Source: Legionellaceae bacterium (GTDB lineage Bacteria; Pseudomonadota; Gammaproteobacteria; UBA12402). From it: a stretch of 64,000 nt of DNA. Of this stretch, positions 18,889 through 29,754 are shown in pieces. The translations under genes were made by a program, and so were the position numbers. Below the pieces are notes generated by a model. That model searched no databases. It was not told the DNA's origin and was given only the letters and a program-made list of their open reading frames with translations. The first letter of the stretch is position 1; each line of letters begins with the position of its first letter. The stretch lies in assembly GCA_002707695.1 (NCBI GenBank), contig PANR01000018.1:1865-65864 (forward strand), in the 5' to 3' direction.

Positions 18889-20940
18889 ATGCAAATTTTA
18901 AGAGCAACTGGTGATAAAATAAAAACTGCGCTTTTGAAAACATTCCATGCCTATACTCAGCTTAATTCTGAACAAAAAACGCGTCTAACCCTTGCGCTCT
19001 TGATTTTTTTTACTGGATTTTTCCTCAGATTTGCCTACCTGAAGTATCAAGGCTTTTGGGACAGTGATGAATATGCGTCATATGCAGCCATGATGGGACA
19101 AATTCTTCAAGGAGACTTGTCTCATTTTTTGGGTGGCAATATGTGGGGGAGACCTTTTGGGTTCTTAACCTCGTATTTTTTCATGAAAATCTTCGGCTTC
19201 ACCCCTTACGCAATTCACATTAAAAGCGCACTACTTGGATTTTGTACCATTGTAATAGGCTACATCATTGGGGAGAAACACTTGTGTAAAAATGCTGGGT
19301 TATTTGCAGCAGCATTAATAGCGAGTTCGTATGAGCTTGTTTACTACTCACGCACAATGAAAATGACAGCCCCGTCTATGTTTTTCTGCGCACTGGCAAT
19401 ATGGATTTTATTTGAAATCATAGACAACCCCGGCACCCAGCGGCATGCTTTGTGCGGACTGATGTTAGGTTTTATGCTCACCACACACCCTGCGACCATC
19501 CCCATGACAGCAACTATCTTACTTATGCTTGCCATTGTAACAATCGCAAAGGAAAAAAAAATTGGGCAATCGCTAAACTATGGTCTTCTCACCTTGCTAG
19601 GCCTCCTCACCCCCATCATTGGCTGTGAATTGTTTTACCTTAGCGCAAAAATTTTGCCATGGTGGCATACCGCACCCAACATAGATTACATGAAATTTTT
19701 ATTCTTCTACAACCAACATGGGCCAGCTAACCTACAACATGTAAAACCTCATATTTCTTCTTTTCTCGGTGAAATAACAAATAACGGTAAAGCTCTCTTG
19801 TATCTTATAGGGGCTGGGCAGGCAATTTCCCTGATTGCTTTGCTTAAAGGAAAAATTAAACCCTTTTTACTCAGCATGATATTTTGGCTGCCGATTTTAA
19901 TCTACACCTATATCCTGCACCCTGTAGTGGCTGAACGCAATATTTTTACATCTCTATTTCCGGGCTGCTTGATTGGGGGGTATTTTTTTGCATACCTCAT
20001 TAATCAGACCAAACTAACATCGTTCCTTAAATCTTTCGCCATAGCAATCACATCATTCGCGCTCCTGACCTATGGAATTCCCAAAAGCCTTCCTATCATC
20101 AAAAATGCATCGGCCGCACAGAACATATATGATTATATTGGCAGCCAACAGGCCTCTATGACCCGCCCCTCCAAAAGCGTATATCAGTGGGAACATTACT
20201 ACTTCACAAACAGTTCGCTTTCCGTTGACAATTGGAGTGATGTGTTAAAAAATTTTCTACTGAACCGAGCTAATTATCTCATCCAACTCACCCCCTCCTG
20301 GACAAACGCTACTGGCTTTGAAGACACACAAAAATATGCAACTCAATTTAGGACGGCAGAGAGTCATGGTGGATTTTCTGTTTACTATCTCTACAATCCA
20401 AAACAGCTCGAAAAAATTTTGAAAGATAAATTTTCTCTGACAAAAATCAAATCAATTAATCTAAAAAGATTTTCTTCACTGACTGGCATACAAAAAAGTC
20501 AAAGCAACAAATATATGTTTGAAAAAAAAGCAAAGCAAATTATTATTAACATCCCAACTGACGCCAACCTCCTAGCAATTAGTGGGAGAATTCCCCTTAA
20601 TCCCGATATCGGAGAAAGTATTAATATTGCAATTGGAAACAAAAGCAAACCCACTCTGTACACCTTAAAATCTTTTTCTCCTCATGAAAACGGGGCGTTA
20701 TTACCCAACGAGAAAGAAACTAACATTTTTTATGTCTGGGAACTAGCTGGTAAAAAACTCACTCAACTGACTCTGTCCCCCTTGCTGACCAAGCGTTTAT
20801 CGCTGCGCGCTTTGCTGAGAAACTTTCCAGAAGCATTTGCCTATTTTTTTGCAACTGACAAAAAACAAATAAAAGGCTTTTCTGTCACCTTCTATCACAT
20901 CCCTAACAAATATCTACCAAAAAATATGCCGTCGATTTAA
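18889..20940 (+). CDS. ArnT/PMT-family (GT-C fold) membrane glycosyltransferase, paralog 2
   Basis: Colinear with 7425..9491; identical blocks QGFWDSDEY, MWGRPFGFLTSYFFMK, YYSRTMKMTAPSM, PIIKNASAAQNIYD. Confidence 0.8.
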   Translation: MQILRATGDKIKTALLKTFHAYTQLNSEQKTRLTLALLIFFTGFFLRFAYLKYQGFWDSDEYASYAAMMGQILQGDLSHFLGGNMWGRPFGFLTSYFFMKIFGFTPYAIHIKSALLGFCTIVIGYIIGEKHLCKNAGLFAAALIASSYELVYYSRTMKMTAPSMFFCALAIWILFEIIDNPGTQRHALCGLMLGFMLTTHPATIPMTATILLMLAIVTIAKEKKIGQSLNYGLLTLLGLLTPIIGCELFYLSAKILPWWHTAPNIDYMKFLFFYNQHGPANLQHVKPHISSFLGEITNNGKALLYLIGAGQAISLIALLKGKIKPFLLSMIFWLPILIYTYILHPVVAERNIFTSLFPGCLIGGYFFAYLINQTKLTSFLKSFAIAITSFALLTYGIPKSLPIIKNASAAQNIYDYIGSQQASMTRPSKSVYQWEHYYFTNSSLSVDNWSDVLKNFLLNRANYLIQLTPSWTNATGFEDTQKYATQFRTAESHGGFSVYYLYNPKQLEKILKDKFSLTKIKSINLKRFSSLTGIQKSQSNKYMFEKKAKQIIINIPTDANLLAISGRIPLNPDIGESINIAIGNKSKPTLYTLKSFSPHENGALLPNEKETNIFYVWELAGKKLTQLTLSPLLTKRLSLRALLRNFPEAFAYFFATDKKQIKGFSVTFYHIPNKYLPKNMPSI

Positions 20941-21000
20941 TGGTGGATCTTTTTTGCAGTTGCTTAACATGGATACCATGCTGTCTCAACTTAAACAACA

Positions 21001-21972
21001 TCATTCTTCCCAGCTCGACTCACACCTAGTGTCTCGAGATGAGTCCATGTCAAACCACATAGCAAAAAATAAAGACTGGAAGCCTGAAATAACTAAAAAA
21101 GCTGCAAACAATGCTGAGGTTGCTGCAACAGAATGGCCAAGCAGTCTTGTCACAACGAGAACCAAACCAAACACTGAGCCCAGTGGCAACACAACAATAG
21201 ATAATAAATAAAACAATACTAGCGGATGAAAATCACGAATGATATATTTTTCCTTCATCCGCCAAAAAAAACATTTGAACAATATGATTGATAGTGACCA
21301 TGTTGCGGAAAAAAGCCCAATACTAGAAACCTCACCGACACCATAAACCGGCTTTGTATGAATATCGCATACACGAAACTGATGTATATTAAGCGCTACT
21401 AACACTATATTTGGCAACCCGTAGCGACGATACAGTTTTTCCAATTTAACTGCTTTAAGTGCACGTAACGATATCGCAGTATAACCATTTTGGGGATCAC
21501 CCACATGCCAATACCCAGATGCAATTTTGGTCAAAAAAGATAAAATGGCGCTGCCCAAATATCGACCCTTGGGAAAATCATCTCGCGCACCTTCAATAAG
21601 CAGCCTATTTCCTTTTGTATAATCCGCTTTGTTAGCAACAATTGGCTCAATATAACGGTGTAGCTGCTCAGGGTCCATCTGCGCATCACCTGCCATTACA
21701 GCTGTCACCTCCATATTGTTATCTCTTGCCCATCGATATCCTGTTGCTACCGCCCCACCAGGCCCTGCATTCTTTTTATGTTCGATTAAAACAAGACGAT
21801 CCGCATATGATTTTTTAATTTTCTTGACGACTGCAACAGTATCATCTTTACTCTTATCATCAACCACAACCATTCGGTCAACATAATCGGGCATCGTTGT
21901 TATCACTTTTTCAATTTGGCGAGCTTCATTGTAGGCCGGAATGACAACACAGATTGACTTGCCTTTAAACAT
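21001..21972 (-). CDS. GT2 polyprenol-phosphate glycosyltransferase with two C-terminal TM helices
   Basis: IPAYNEA, VVDDKSKD, MAGDAQMDP, DYTKGNR, SGYW..DPQNGYTAI; start set at ATG 21972 with GGAGA RBS. Confidence 0.85.
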   Translation of the reverse strand: MFKGKSICVVIPAYNEARQIEKVITTMPDYVDRMVVVDDKSKDDTVAVVKKIKKSYADRLVLIEHKKNAGPGGAVATGYRWARDNNMEVTAVMAGDAQMDPEQLHRYIEPIVANKADYTKGNRLLIEGARDDFPKGRYLGSAILSFLTKIASGYWHVGDPQNGYTAISLRALKAVKLEKLYRRYGLPNIVLVALNIHQFRVCDIHTKPVYGVGEVSSIGLFSATWSLSIILFKCFFWRMKEKYIIRDFHPLVLFYLLSIVVLPLGSVFGLVLVVTRLLGHSVAATSALFAAFLVISGFQSLFFAMWFDMDSSRDTRCESSWEE

Positions 21973-22127
21973 GTTTATGATCTCCAACGATTCAATGATA
22001 CCATCCTAACGGTTTCCACAAAATATTCAACGTTATTAACAATATTGAACATATTATCGTTTGCTGGCATTGACAACTTCGGCTATCATGACCCCGTTTA
22101 ACCACCCAGGCAAGCGATGAGCGAAAA

Positions 22128-22721
22128 ATGAGCTTTAAAACGGGCAACAACTGTCAAATACAAGAGCATGCTCTAGTTGGATTTATGTATAAGCAGGGTT
22201 GCCAGGAAACCCGCCTGGGCAATAATTGTATTGTAAGAGCGTTTACTATCATTTATGAAGATGTAGTCATTGGCGACAACTTTAAAACTGGCCATCACGC
22301 ACTCATCAGAGAGCACACCAACATTGGTAGCAACATTGTTGTGGGCTCAAACAGTATCATTGATGGTCATTCGAGCATTGGCAATAAAGTGAAGATAGAA
22401 AGCCAAGTATATATTCCCACACACACAACCATTGGCGATAACGTCTTTATCGGGCCTGGAGCAACTCTAACAAATGACCGCTATCCTCAACGATGCAGAA
22501 ATGAATATAGACCTGAAGGACCCACTCTTGAAAATGGTGTGACCATCGGAGCCAATGCAATTATATTACCTGGAAAACGAATTGGGGAAGGAGCATTTGT
22601 AGCGGCCGGCACGGTTGTAACAAAAGATATCCCTCCTTGGACATTGGCAAAAGGATCCTCTTGCACACTTTCACCACTCCCAGAACACCTGCGAGAGCTG
22701 AACGAGGCAATCCATTGGTAA
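22128..22721 (+). CDS. hexapeptide-repeat N-acyltransferase (WbpD/WlbB-like, second copy)
   Basis: Hexapeptide repeats, FIGPGATLTND, IGANAIILPG, VVTKDIP. Confidence 0.85.
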   Translation: MSFKTGNNCQIQEHALVGFMYKQGCQETRLGNNCIVRAFTIIYEDVVIGDNFKTGHHALIREHTNIGSNIVVGSNSIIDGHSSIGNKVKIESQVYIPTHTTIGDNVFIGPGATLTNDRYPQRCRNEYRPEGPTLENGVTIGANAIILPGKRIGEGAFVAAGTVVTKDIPPWTLAKGSSCTLSPLPEHLRELNEAIHW

Positions 22722-22731
22722 GAGGTATATA

Positions 22732-23730
22732 ATGAGAATCGGTGTCGTTGGCGCAGGTAAAATCGCACAAAAGCATATTGCTAGCTATCAAGGATTAAAC
22801 ATAGAAGACATCTATGTTTTTGACAGTAACCCGGCTGCTGCCAAAAAAATTGCAAAAGAACATAATGCTAAATGTACCAATAGTCTCGAAGAAATAATCA
22901 ATTCTGTTGATGTTATTGATGTTTGCACGCCTGTAAAAACGCACAGAAACATCATTCTTCAGTCGCTCAGTCAAAAAAAGCATATTTTCTGTGAAAAACC
23001 CCTCTGTGAGACAGTTGATGAAGCCAATGAGATAAAAAGAGCTGTCGAAAAATCGAAAACACATCTAATGACTGGTTATTTGTATCGGTTTCACCCCAAA
23101 TTTCAGCAAGTTAAAAAATGGTTAGATCGAGGGATTATTGGAGACATTCATTTTGGCATTTTTCGCGTCGGTGGACGCGGCAACCACAAAAAATGGAAGC
23201 ACCTTAAAGAAACTGGTGGTGGATGCATCAATGAAATGCTTGTTCACAAGCTTGATCTCATTAATTTTTTATTTAGCAGAATTTCTGATGTAAAGCTTTT
23301 AACGTGTGACATCATACTAAAGGAACGCATTATTGATGGAGAGAAATTTAAAGCAACAGCCGAAGATAATCTATCACTCAGCCTTAAAGCGGGCAACTGC
23401 AAACTCATCTGTCAAGCAGACTTCACAACACCATGCTATATGGAATATATAGAACTACATGGCTCGAAGGGGTCTATTTTTACGAGCATATTAGACAGCT
23501 TACCAACAGCATTATACTTAAATGAGCCTATCGATGGATATAAAATGGGAAACAATTTTATTCCCCCTGAAATGACTCCCAACTTATTTGAGCTTGAGCT
23601 AAAGCATTTTATTGACTCAATTAAAAATCAAACAGAAAACACAAGCAACATAAACGATTCGATCAAACTACTAAAAATAACAGAGTCTATCGAAAAGCAA
23701 GCGGAGAAATTCAATGCTGAATATTGCTGA
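22732..23730 (+). CDS. Gfo/Idh/MocA oxidoreductase (WbpB/WlbA-like, second copy)
   Basis: GAGKIA, CTP...H, HIFCEKP, GGGC. Confidence 0.85.
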   Translation: MRIGVVGAGKIAQKHIASYQGLNIEDIYVFDSNPAAAKKIAKEHNAKCTNSLEEIINSVDVIDVCTPVKTHRNIILQSLSQKKHIFCEKPLCETVDEANEIKRAVEKSKTHLMTGYLYRFHPKFQQVKKWLDRGIIGDIHFGIFRVGGRGNHKKWKHLKETGGGCINEMLVHKLDLINFLFSRISDVKLLTCDIILKERIIDGEKFKATAEDNLSLSLKAGNCKLICQADFTTPCYMEYIELHGSKGSIFTSILDSLPTALYLNEPIDGYKMGNNFIPPEMTPNLFELELKHFIDSIKNQTENTSNINDSIKLLKITESIEKQAEKFNAEYC

Positions 23731-24799
23731 AATTGAAATGGGCGAAGAAGAAATTAATGCTGCTGTAGATGTGCTGCGCTCAGGAAAGCTTTGTGAGGGA
23801 GAAAAATGTGCTGAATTCGAGAAAGAATTTGCAAAGTTAGTGGGAGCAAAATACGCAACAACTTGCTCTAGCGGAACGACAGCACTTCATACAGCTTTTC
23901 TCAATTTAATTGAGCCTGGCGATGAAGTACTCATCCCGGCGATCACCTTTTTTGCTACTGCAGCCATGGTCATCTATGCTGGCGGTGTTCCTGTTTTTTG
24001 CGACATTGACCCCAAAACATATTGCATTGACATCTCAGACGCGAGAAATAAGCTCACAAAAAAAACGCGTGCAATTGCTCCAGTCCATTTGTTCGGCAAT
24101 GCTTGTGATATTGATGAAGTTAATAAGCTTGCTAAAGAGCATGACTTGAAAATAATTTTTGATGCGGCGCAGGCGCACCTAACAAAATATAAAGACGCAG
24201 ACGTAGGCTCATTCGGTGACGCAGTATGCTACTCTTTTTATGCAACTAAAAACATGACGACGGGCGGTGAAGGTGGCATGATAGTTTCAAACAGCGATGA
24301 GTTCATTAAACAGTGCATTTTACTTAAACGTCAAGGCCAGCAAAAAAAATATTATCATACAATTACTGGCACCAACTACCGAATGACTGATATGCAAGCA
24401 GCAGTGGGTCTTGCACAGCTAAAAAAACTACCGGAATTTACTCGAAAGCGACAAACGAATGCTGATCAGCTTGATACCGAATTAAAGGCGTTGCCCCAGA
24501 TTATCACTCCTTATGTTGCTCCTGAAACAACACATTCGTATCACCAGTATACTATTCAACTTCCACCGGAAGTTAATCGGGATAAATTCGTTCAGGCGTT
24601 AAAAGATAGACAAATCGGCTCTGGCATCAATTATCCAACGCCCTTGCATCAACAGCCTGCACTCAAACAGTATTCACCCGGCAATATCATCGAAGCCGAA
24701 CAATTTTCTACCCGATGCGTTTCGCTCCCTGTCCACCCCAAGGTCGGACCAGATGATGTAAAAAAAATTGCATCCGCAACAAGAGAGTTATTGGCATAG
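23714..24799 (+). CDS. DegT/DnrJ aminotransferase (second copy)
   Basis: SGTTALH, DAAQAH, SFYATKNMTTGGEGG, GTNYRMTD. Confidence 0.9.
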   Translation: MLNIAEIEMGEEEINAAVDVLRSGKLCEGEKCAEFEKEFAKLVGAKYATTCSSGTTALHTAFLNLIEPGDEVLIPAITFFATAAMVIYAGGVPVFCDIDPKTYCIDISDARNKLTKKTRAIAPVHLFGNACDIDEVNKLAKEHDLKIIFDAAQAHLTKYKDADVGSFGDAVCYSFYATKNMTTGGEGGMIVSNSDEFIKQCILLKRQGQQKKYYHTITGTNYRMTDMQAAVGLAQLKKLPEFTRKRQTNADQLDTELKALPQIITPYVAPETTHSYHQYTIQLPPEVNRDKFVQALKDRQIGSGINYPTPLHQQPALKQYSPGNIIEAEQFSTRCVSLPVHPKVGPDDVKKIASATRELLA

Positions 24800-24822
24800 C
24801 GGGTAAAGAATAGTGGAAATAA

Positions 24823-25401
24823 CTAGCCTTTAGCAAAACAAACCCCATCCTTCAATAGATACGTTTTCATTTCTTGAGAACACATCACCTCACTATCACC
24901 CACCAAAGGCAATGCCAAACGCTCTCCATATTCACTCATCCAACCCACTTGTTTAGCAGGCACGCCAACCATTAAGGCATAATCAGGCACATCTTTTGTG
25001 ACAACCGCGCCAGCGCCGATAAATGCGTAACGGCCAACGGTAACGCCACACAAAATTGTGCAATTCGCGCCAAGAGTTGCACCTCGTTTGACGAGCGTTG
25101 GTTTATACTCATGCTTACGTTCTATAGCGGACCGAGGATTAATCACATTAGTAAACACCATGCTCGGCCCACAAAAAACCTCGTCCTCTAATGTCACGCA
25201 ATCATAAACCGATACATTATTTTGAATTTTAACGCGGTCACCAATCTTAACCTTATTGCCAACATAAACATTTTGCCCTAATGAACAATAACTGCCAATT
25301 TCTGCTGTTGAACAAACATGCACCCAATGCCAAATACGTGAACCCTCGCCTATTTGCGCACCCTGATCAATGATTGCAGTCTCATGTTTTGTATAACTCA
25401 T
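24823..25401 (-). CDS. wbpD: UDP-2-acetamido-3-amino-2,3-dideoxyglucuronate N-acetyltransferase
   Basis: [54 protein letters not shown]. Confidence 0.9.
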   Translation of the reverse strand: MSYTKHETAIIDQGAQIGEGSRIWHWVHVCSTAEIGSYCSLGQNVYVGNKVKIGDRVKIQNNVSVYDCVTLEDEVFCGPSMVFTNVINPRSAIERKHEYKPTLVKRGATLGANCTILCGVTVGRYAFIGAGAVVTKDVPDYALMVGVPAKQVGWMSEYGERLALPLVGDSEVMCSQEMKTYLLKDGVCFAKG

Positions 25402-25414
25402 AACGCCATTCACT

Positions 25415-26449
25415 TTATGTTAACGGTAACAACACCAAACTACCTGTTTGGGCTGACTTATATGCTGCGCTAATACACTCAAGCGATTTTAAACCCTCAG
25501 CACCATCAATCACCTTGGTTTTTTTATCATTTTGCATCGAATCAATCACGGCTTGATAATACAGCCGCATGCAATATGCTGCAACTGAACCGTCAATTTT
25601 ACATATGTTTTGTATGTCCGCATCAGAAGGCTGTTCGTCAGCAAACTGCCAATGCACCACTTCATCAAGCGCTACACCACCAATGTTGATGGTACCGCGT
25701 TCACCTAAAATAGTGATTGAAGTTTCGATGTTCTTAGGATAAGTCAACATGGTTACAGCAAAACTGCCGAACGCACCCGACTGAAACTCAAGGTTTAAAA
25801 CACTCGTGTCTTCCATTTCAATGTTTCTTGCCAGTGTTGCTGATCGCGCCTGCACAGATTGAAGATCACCCATAAACCAACAAAGCAAATCGACATAATG
25901 ACTGGCTTGGTTCATCAACGCGCCGCCATCAAATTTTTTTGTGCCCCGCCAAGATGCTTCATCGTAGTAATGTTGCGGTCTGGTCCAAAAGATATTCGAT
26001 GTTGCCAGATAGATTTTTCCAAAGCGCCCTTGCTCAATGGCTCGTTTTATCGCTTGCATGATCGGCAAATAACGCATTTGTTTCACCGTAAAAAGCTGCA
26101 CGCCATTTTCTCGACATGCTTGAACCATTTTTTTTGCATCAGCATATTCAATAGCCAGTGGCTTTTCGCAAATAACATGTTTTTTTGCATTTGCGATTTT
26201 GATAACTTGTTCAGCGTGTAACCCGCTTGGCGTACACACCACAACAAGGTCTATATCACGTGAAAGCAGAAGCTCATCAAGCGAAGAAAACGTAACAACG
26301 CCACGAGATGAAAATTGGACTAAACGTTCTGCGTTAAGATCGCAAACTGCTTTTAATTCGATACTCTCTGCACAATGCTCAATGGCATCAAGATGTTTTT
26401 TTGCATTTTGTCCACACCCAAGTATCGCAACCTGAATTTTTTTAGCCAT
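25415..26449 (-). CDS. wbpB: UDP-GlcNAcA 3-dehydrogenase (WbpB/WlbA-like)
   Basis: [41 protein letters not shown]. Confidence 0.85.
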   Translation of the reverse strand: MAKKIQVAILGCGQNAKKHLDAIEHCAESIELKAVCDLNAERLVQFSSRGVVTFSSLDELLLSRDIDLVVVCTPSGLHAEQVIKIANAKKHVICEKPLAIEYADAKKMVQACRENGVQLFTVKQMRYLPIMQAIKRAIEQGRFGKIYLATSNIFWTRPQHYYDEASWRGTKKFDGGALMNQASHYVDLLCWFMGDLQSVQARSATLARNIEMEDTSVLNLEFQSGAFGSFAVTMLTYPKNIETSITILGERGTINIGGVALDEVVHWQFADEQPSDADIQNICKIDGSVAAYCMRLYYQAVIDSMQNDKKTKVIDGAEGLKSLECISAAYKSAQTGSLVLLPLT

Positions 26450-26460
26450 CCGCCCGACCT

Positions 26461-27786
26461 TTAAGCCCTAACAACATTATGAGTTAGCCTGGTATAAACA
26501 CCACGTGTATCAACAATTAGTTTTGCATGCTTTTTTACCAACGCATAATCAACGTCATCATGCCCTGTGGCAATAATGACAGCGTCAACACTCTCAACTT
26601 CTGTTGACGTGAGTTCAATACTCACTAAATTGAACTGGTGCTTACGCATTCTTGGAAACTCAGGGACAAAAGGGTCATGATACGATATTTTAGCTCCTTT
26701 CTTCTCTAATAACTCCATCAAAAAAACAGCAGGCGATTCACGCATATCATCCACATTTTTTTTATAGGCAATGCCGAGCAACAAGATCTTAGCACCCCTT
26801 AAGGCTTTACCCTGATCATTTAACTTATCCATTAATTTATTTAACACCCACTCAGGCATGCCATTATTAATCTCACCAGCAAGCTCAATGAAACGTGTAT
26901 GAATACCGTACTCTCTTGCTTTCCAAGTTAAATAAAAGGGATCAATTGGAATACAATGCCCACCAATTCCCGGACCGGGATAATAAGGCACAAAACCAAA
27001 TGGCTTGGTAGCCGCTGCATTTATCACCTCGAATATATCAATGCCCATCTTGTCCGCGACCATCTTCATTTCATTAACCAGCCCAATGTTAACGGCTCGA
27101 TGAATATTTTCGAGTAACTTAGTCATCTCAGCAACTCTCAACGAACTAACTGGCACAACTTGTTTGACAACTTGTGCGTATAACGCCATCCCAACTGCCA
27201 AACAGTCTTCCGTCAACCCGGCACAAAGCTTAGGAATTGTAGAAGTATTAAACTTGACATTCGCTGGGTCCTCTCGCTCTGGCGAATACACAAGGAAAAA
27301 GTCTTGTCCAACCGTAAAACCCCTGCTGTCGATATAGGGTTTAATGATTTCCTCAACGGTACCTGGGTAAGTTGTGCTTTCAAACGAAAGTACTTGTCCT
27401 TTTTTCAAAAATGGTTGTATTGACGCCATGGTGGCTTCGACAAAACTCAGATCAGGCTCACGATAATCATCGAGCGGCGTTGGCACACAAATGATGATGG
27501 CATCTACCTCACTGATACGTGACATATCCGCAGTAACAGCAAACCCAGCGCGCTTAGCTGTTATAATACGATCTGCTTTAATATGACGAATAGTGCAAGT
27601 GCCACTATTTAATTTGGTAACACATCGCTCATCAATGTCAAAACCTTGAACAGCGTAGCCAGCCTCGGAGAAGTGCAAGGCTAGTGGCAAGCCAACATAG
27701 CCAACCCCAACAACACCAATAGTTGCCTGCTTAGCACCCAGCAATTGTAAGAGGTTATTTTTTATGGATTCCTCAACTAATAACAC
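26461..27786 (-). CDS. wbpA: UDP-N-acetylglucosamine 6-dehydrogenase
   Basis: [45 protein letters not shown]. Confidence 0.92.
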   Translation of the reverse strand: MLLVEESIKNNLLQLLGAKQATIGVVGVGYVGLPLALHFSEAGYAVQGFDIDERCVTKLNSGTCTIRHIKADRIITAKRAGFAVTADMSRISEVDAIIICVPTPLDDYREPDLSFVEATMASIQPFLKKGQVLSFESTTYPGTVEEIIKPYIDSRGFTVGQDFFLVYSPEREDPANVKFNTSTIPKLCAGLTEDCLAVGMALYAQVVKQVVPVSSLRVAEMTKLLENIHRAVNIGLVNEMKMVADKMGIDIFEVINAAATKPFGFVPYYPGPGIGGHCIPIDPFYLTWKAREYGIHTRFIELAGEINNGMPEWVLNKLMDKLNDQGKALRGAKILLLGIAYKKNVDDMRESPAVFLMELLEKKGAKISYHDPFVPEFPRMRKHQFNLVSIELTSTEVESVDAVIIATGHDDVDYALVKKHAKLIVDTRGVYTRLTHNVVRA

Positions 27787-27888
27787 GAATTGTCTCCAAA
27801 TAAGTTTAGCGTAGTCTCTCTGGCAATATACGCGTGAGCGCTGTATATTAACACCTTATTGCGTGACACATAAAGCAACAAGACCAAT

Positions 27889-29754
27889 ATGAAAGTAAAA
27901 AATTTTCAGCTACCTCGACTTAAGCACACCATTGCGATGATATTGGTTGATGCTGTTTTAATCACCTTGGCTTGGGCTATCAGTTATTGGCTGCGGTTTA
28001 ACCTCTCTCTTCCACCTGCTCGTGATTTGTCCAATCTCATCACACTACTGCCAGTCGCCATTGGTGTGCAAAGTTTAAGTGCGTTTTTTTTTGGTGTATA
28101 CCGCGGCGTATGGCGTTACACGTCGGTCTCTGAGCTCGTTAAAATTATTAAATCAGCTGTGGCAACCAGTATTTTATTGACATTATTTGCTTTTTTCTCC
28201 ACAGAAAAACACATATTACCGCGGTCAATTCCATTGCTGTTTGCCATCATGAACACTATGTTTTTAGGTGGCGGTCGAATGGCATATCGCCTGCTGAGAG
28301 ACTATAAGGCCAAAAGCCCTATAAAGAAACGTGCTCTCATCATAGGCGCGGGTTCTGCAGCCGAAACCTTAATTAGAAATTTGCAACGTAATAATGCACG
28401 AGGTTACCAGCTGGTTGGGCTTATTGACGACGACCCCAAAAAACTTGGCAAAGAAATTCATGGGGTGCGTGTTATCGGAACTATTAAACAACTTCCTAAA
28501 ATTGCCCAACAAAAAAGAGCCTCTTTAATTTTAATTGCGATACCATCAGCCAACCCAAATGTGATGCAGAAAATTGTTGAGCACTGTGAAAAAACGAACT
28601 TACCGTATCGCACTCTACCCAATTTACACGATATTGCAACAGGCCGAGCCAGTGTAACAACCATTCGAGAAGTTGTGCTAGAAGACCTGTTAAGCCGTGA
28701 TCCTGTCGAGCTTGACCTACCTATGCTAACTAGCGCCATAAAGAATAAAGTTATTTTGGTAACCGGCGGTGGTGGATCAATCGGCTCAGAATTATGCCTG
28801 CAAATCGCCCAACTATTACCAAAGCAACTCATTGTTGTAGACAACAATGAATACAATCTATACAAAATTAATCAAGAGCTAAACAAAAAAATAGTTAGTA
28901 GAAGCGTTTATTACCACCTCATGAGCATCACAGATGAAGTTTTTGTCAAAAGGCTGATAACTCATCATAAACCGGACATCGTTTTTCATGCGGCTGCCTA
29001 TAAACATGTGCCACTTCTAGAAACACAGCCAAACATAGCCGTTCAGAATAATATGATTGGCACTGGAATTTTAGCTAGAGCTGCAATTGCAGCCAATGTT
29101 GGGAAATTTGTTCTTATTTCGACTGACAAAGCCGTTAACCCAACCAACGTCATGGGCGCAAGCAAACGGGGCGCCGAACTTATCTGTCAATATCTCAGCG
29201 CTCAGCAAACAACGGCTTTCATCACTGTAAGGTTTGGCAATGTGCTGGGCTCAGCAGGCAGCGTTATCCCCCTCTTTAAAAAGCAAATTGCTCAGGGTGG
29301 CCCCGTCACTGTCACACACCCAGAGATCACCCGTTATTTTATGACGATACCTGAAGCTTGCCAGCTTATTTTACAGGCCGCTAGCATGGGAGAAAACGGT
29401 GATTTATTTGTGCTAGACATGGGAGAACCCATCAAAATTCAATACTTGGCTGAACAACTGATAAAATTAGCAAATAATACCCCTAACAAAGATATTAATA
29501 TTGAACATATTGGCCTGCGCCCGGGAGAAAAGTTATATGAAGAACTTTTCTATGATGAGGAAAAATTAATCAACACAAAAAATAGGAAAATTTTCTATGC
29601 GAAAACAAGCGCCATCAACACAGAAATTTTTTCACAAAAACTCAACGATCTTTTCGCTAGCAGCATGTCCAGCAAAAATGAGCTAACAAGAGAGCTGCTT
29701 TTTAACTTAATTTCGTCAGCTACAGTTCACGATCAACCTTTGTGCGAAACTTAG
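27889..29754 (+). CDS. membrane-bound UDP-GlcNAc 4,6-dehydratase (WbpM/CapD/PglF family)
   Basis: N-terminal TMs, GAGSAA, TGGGGSIGSEL, HAAAYKHVP, STDKAVNP, LRPGEKLYEEL. Confidence 0.9.
   Translation: MKVKNFQLPRLKHTIAMILVDAVLITLAWAISYWLRFNLSLPPARDLSNLITLLPVAIGVQSLSAFFFGVYRGVWRYTSVSELVKIIKSAVATSILLTLFAFFSTEKHILPRSIPLLFAIMNTMFLGGGRMAYRLLRDYKAKSPIKKRALIIGAGSAAETLIRNLQRNNARGYQLVGLIDDDPKKLGKEIHGVRVIGTIKQLPKIAQQKRASLILIAIPSANPNVMQKIVEHCEKTNLPYRTLPNLHDIATGRASVTTIREVVLEDLLSRDPVELDLPMLTSAIKNKVILVTGGGGSIGSELCLQIAQLLPKQLIVVDNNEYNLYKINQELNKKIVSRSVYYHLMSITDEVFVKRLITHHKPDIVFHAAAYKHVPLLETQPNIAVQNNMIGTGILARAAIAANVGKFVLISTDKAVNPTNVMGASKRGAELICQYLSAQQTTAFITVRFGNVLGSAGSVIPLFKKQIAQGGPVTVTHPEITRYFMTIPEACQLILQAASMGENGDLFVLDMGEPIKIQYLAEQLIKLANNTPNKDINIEHIGLRPGEKLYEELFYDEEKLINTKNRKIFYAKTSAINTEIFSQKLNDLFASSMSSKNELTRELLFNLISSATVHDQPLCET

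Noticed and set aside
27889..29754. Recent duplication with 10437..11438
   Set aside because: Similarity is limited to family motifs; architectures differ (membrane-bound versus soluble)
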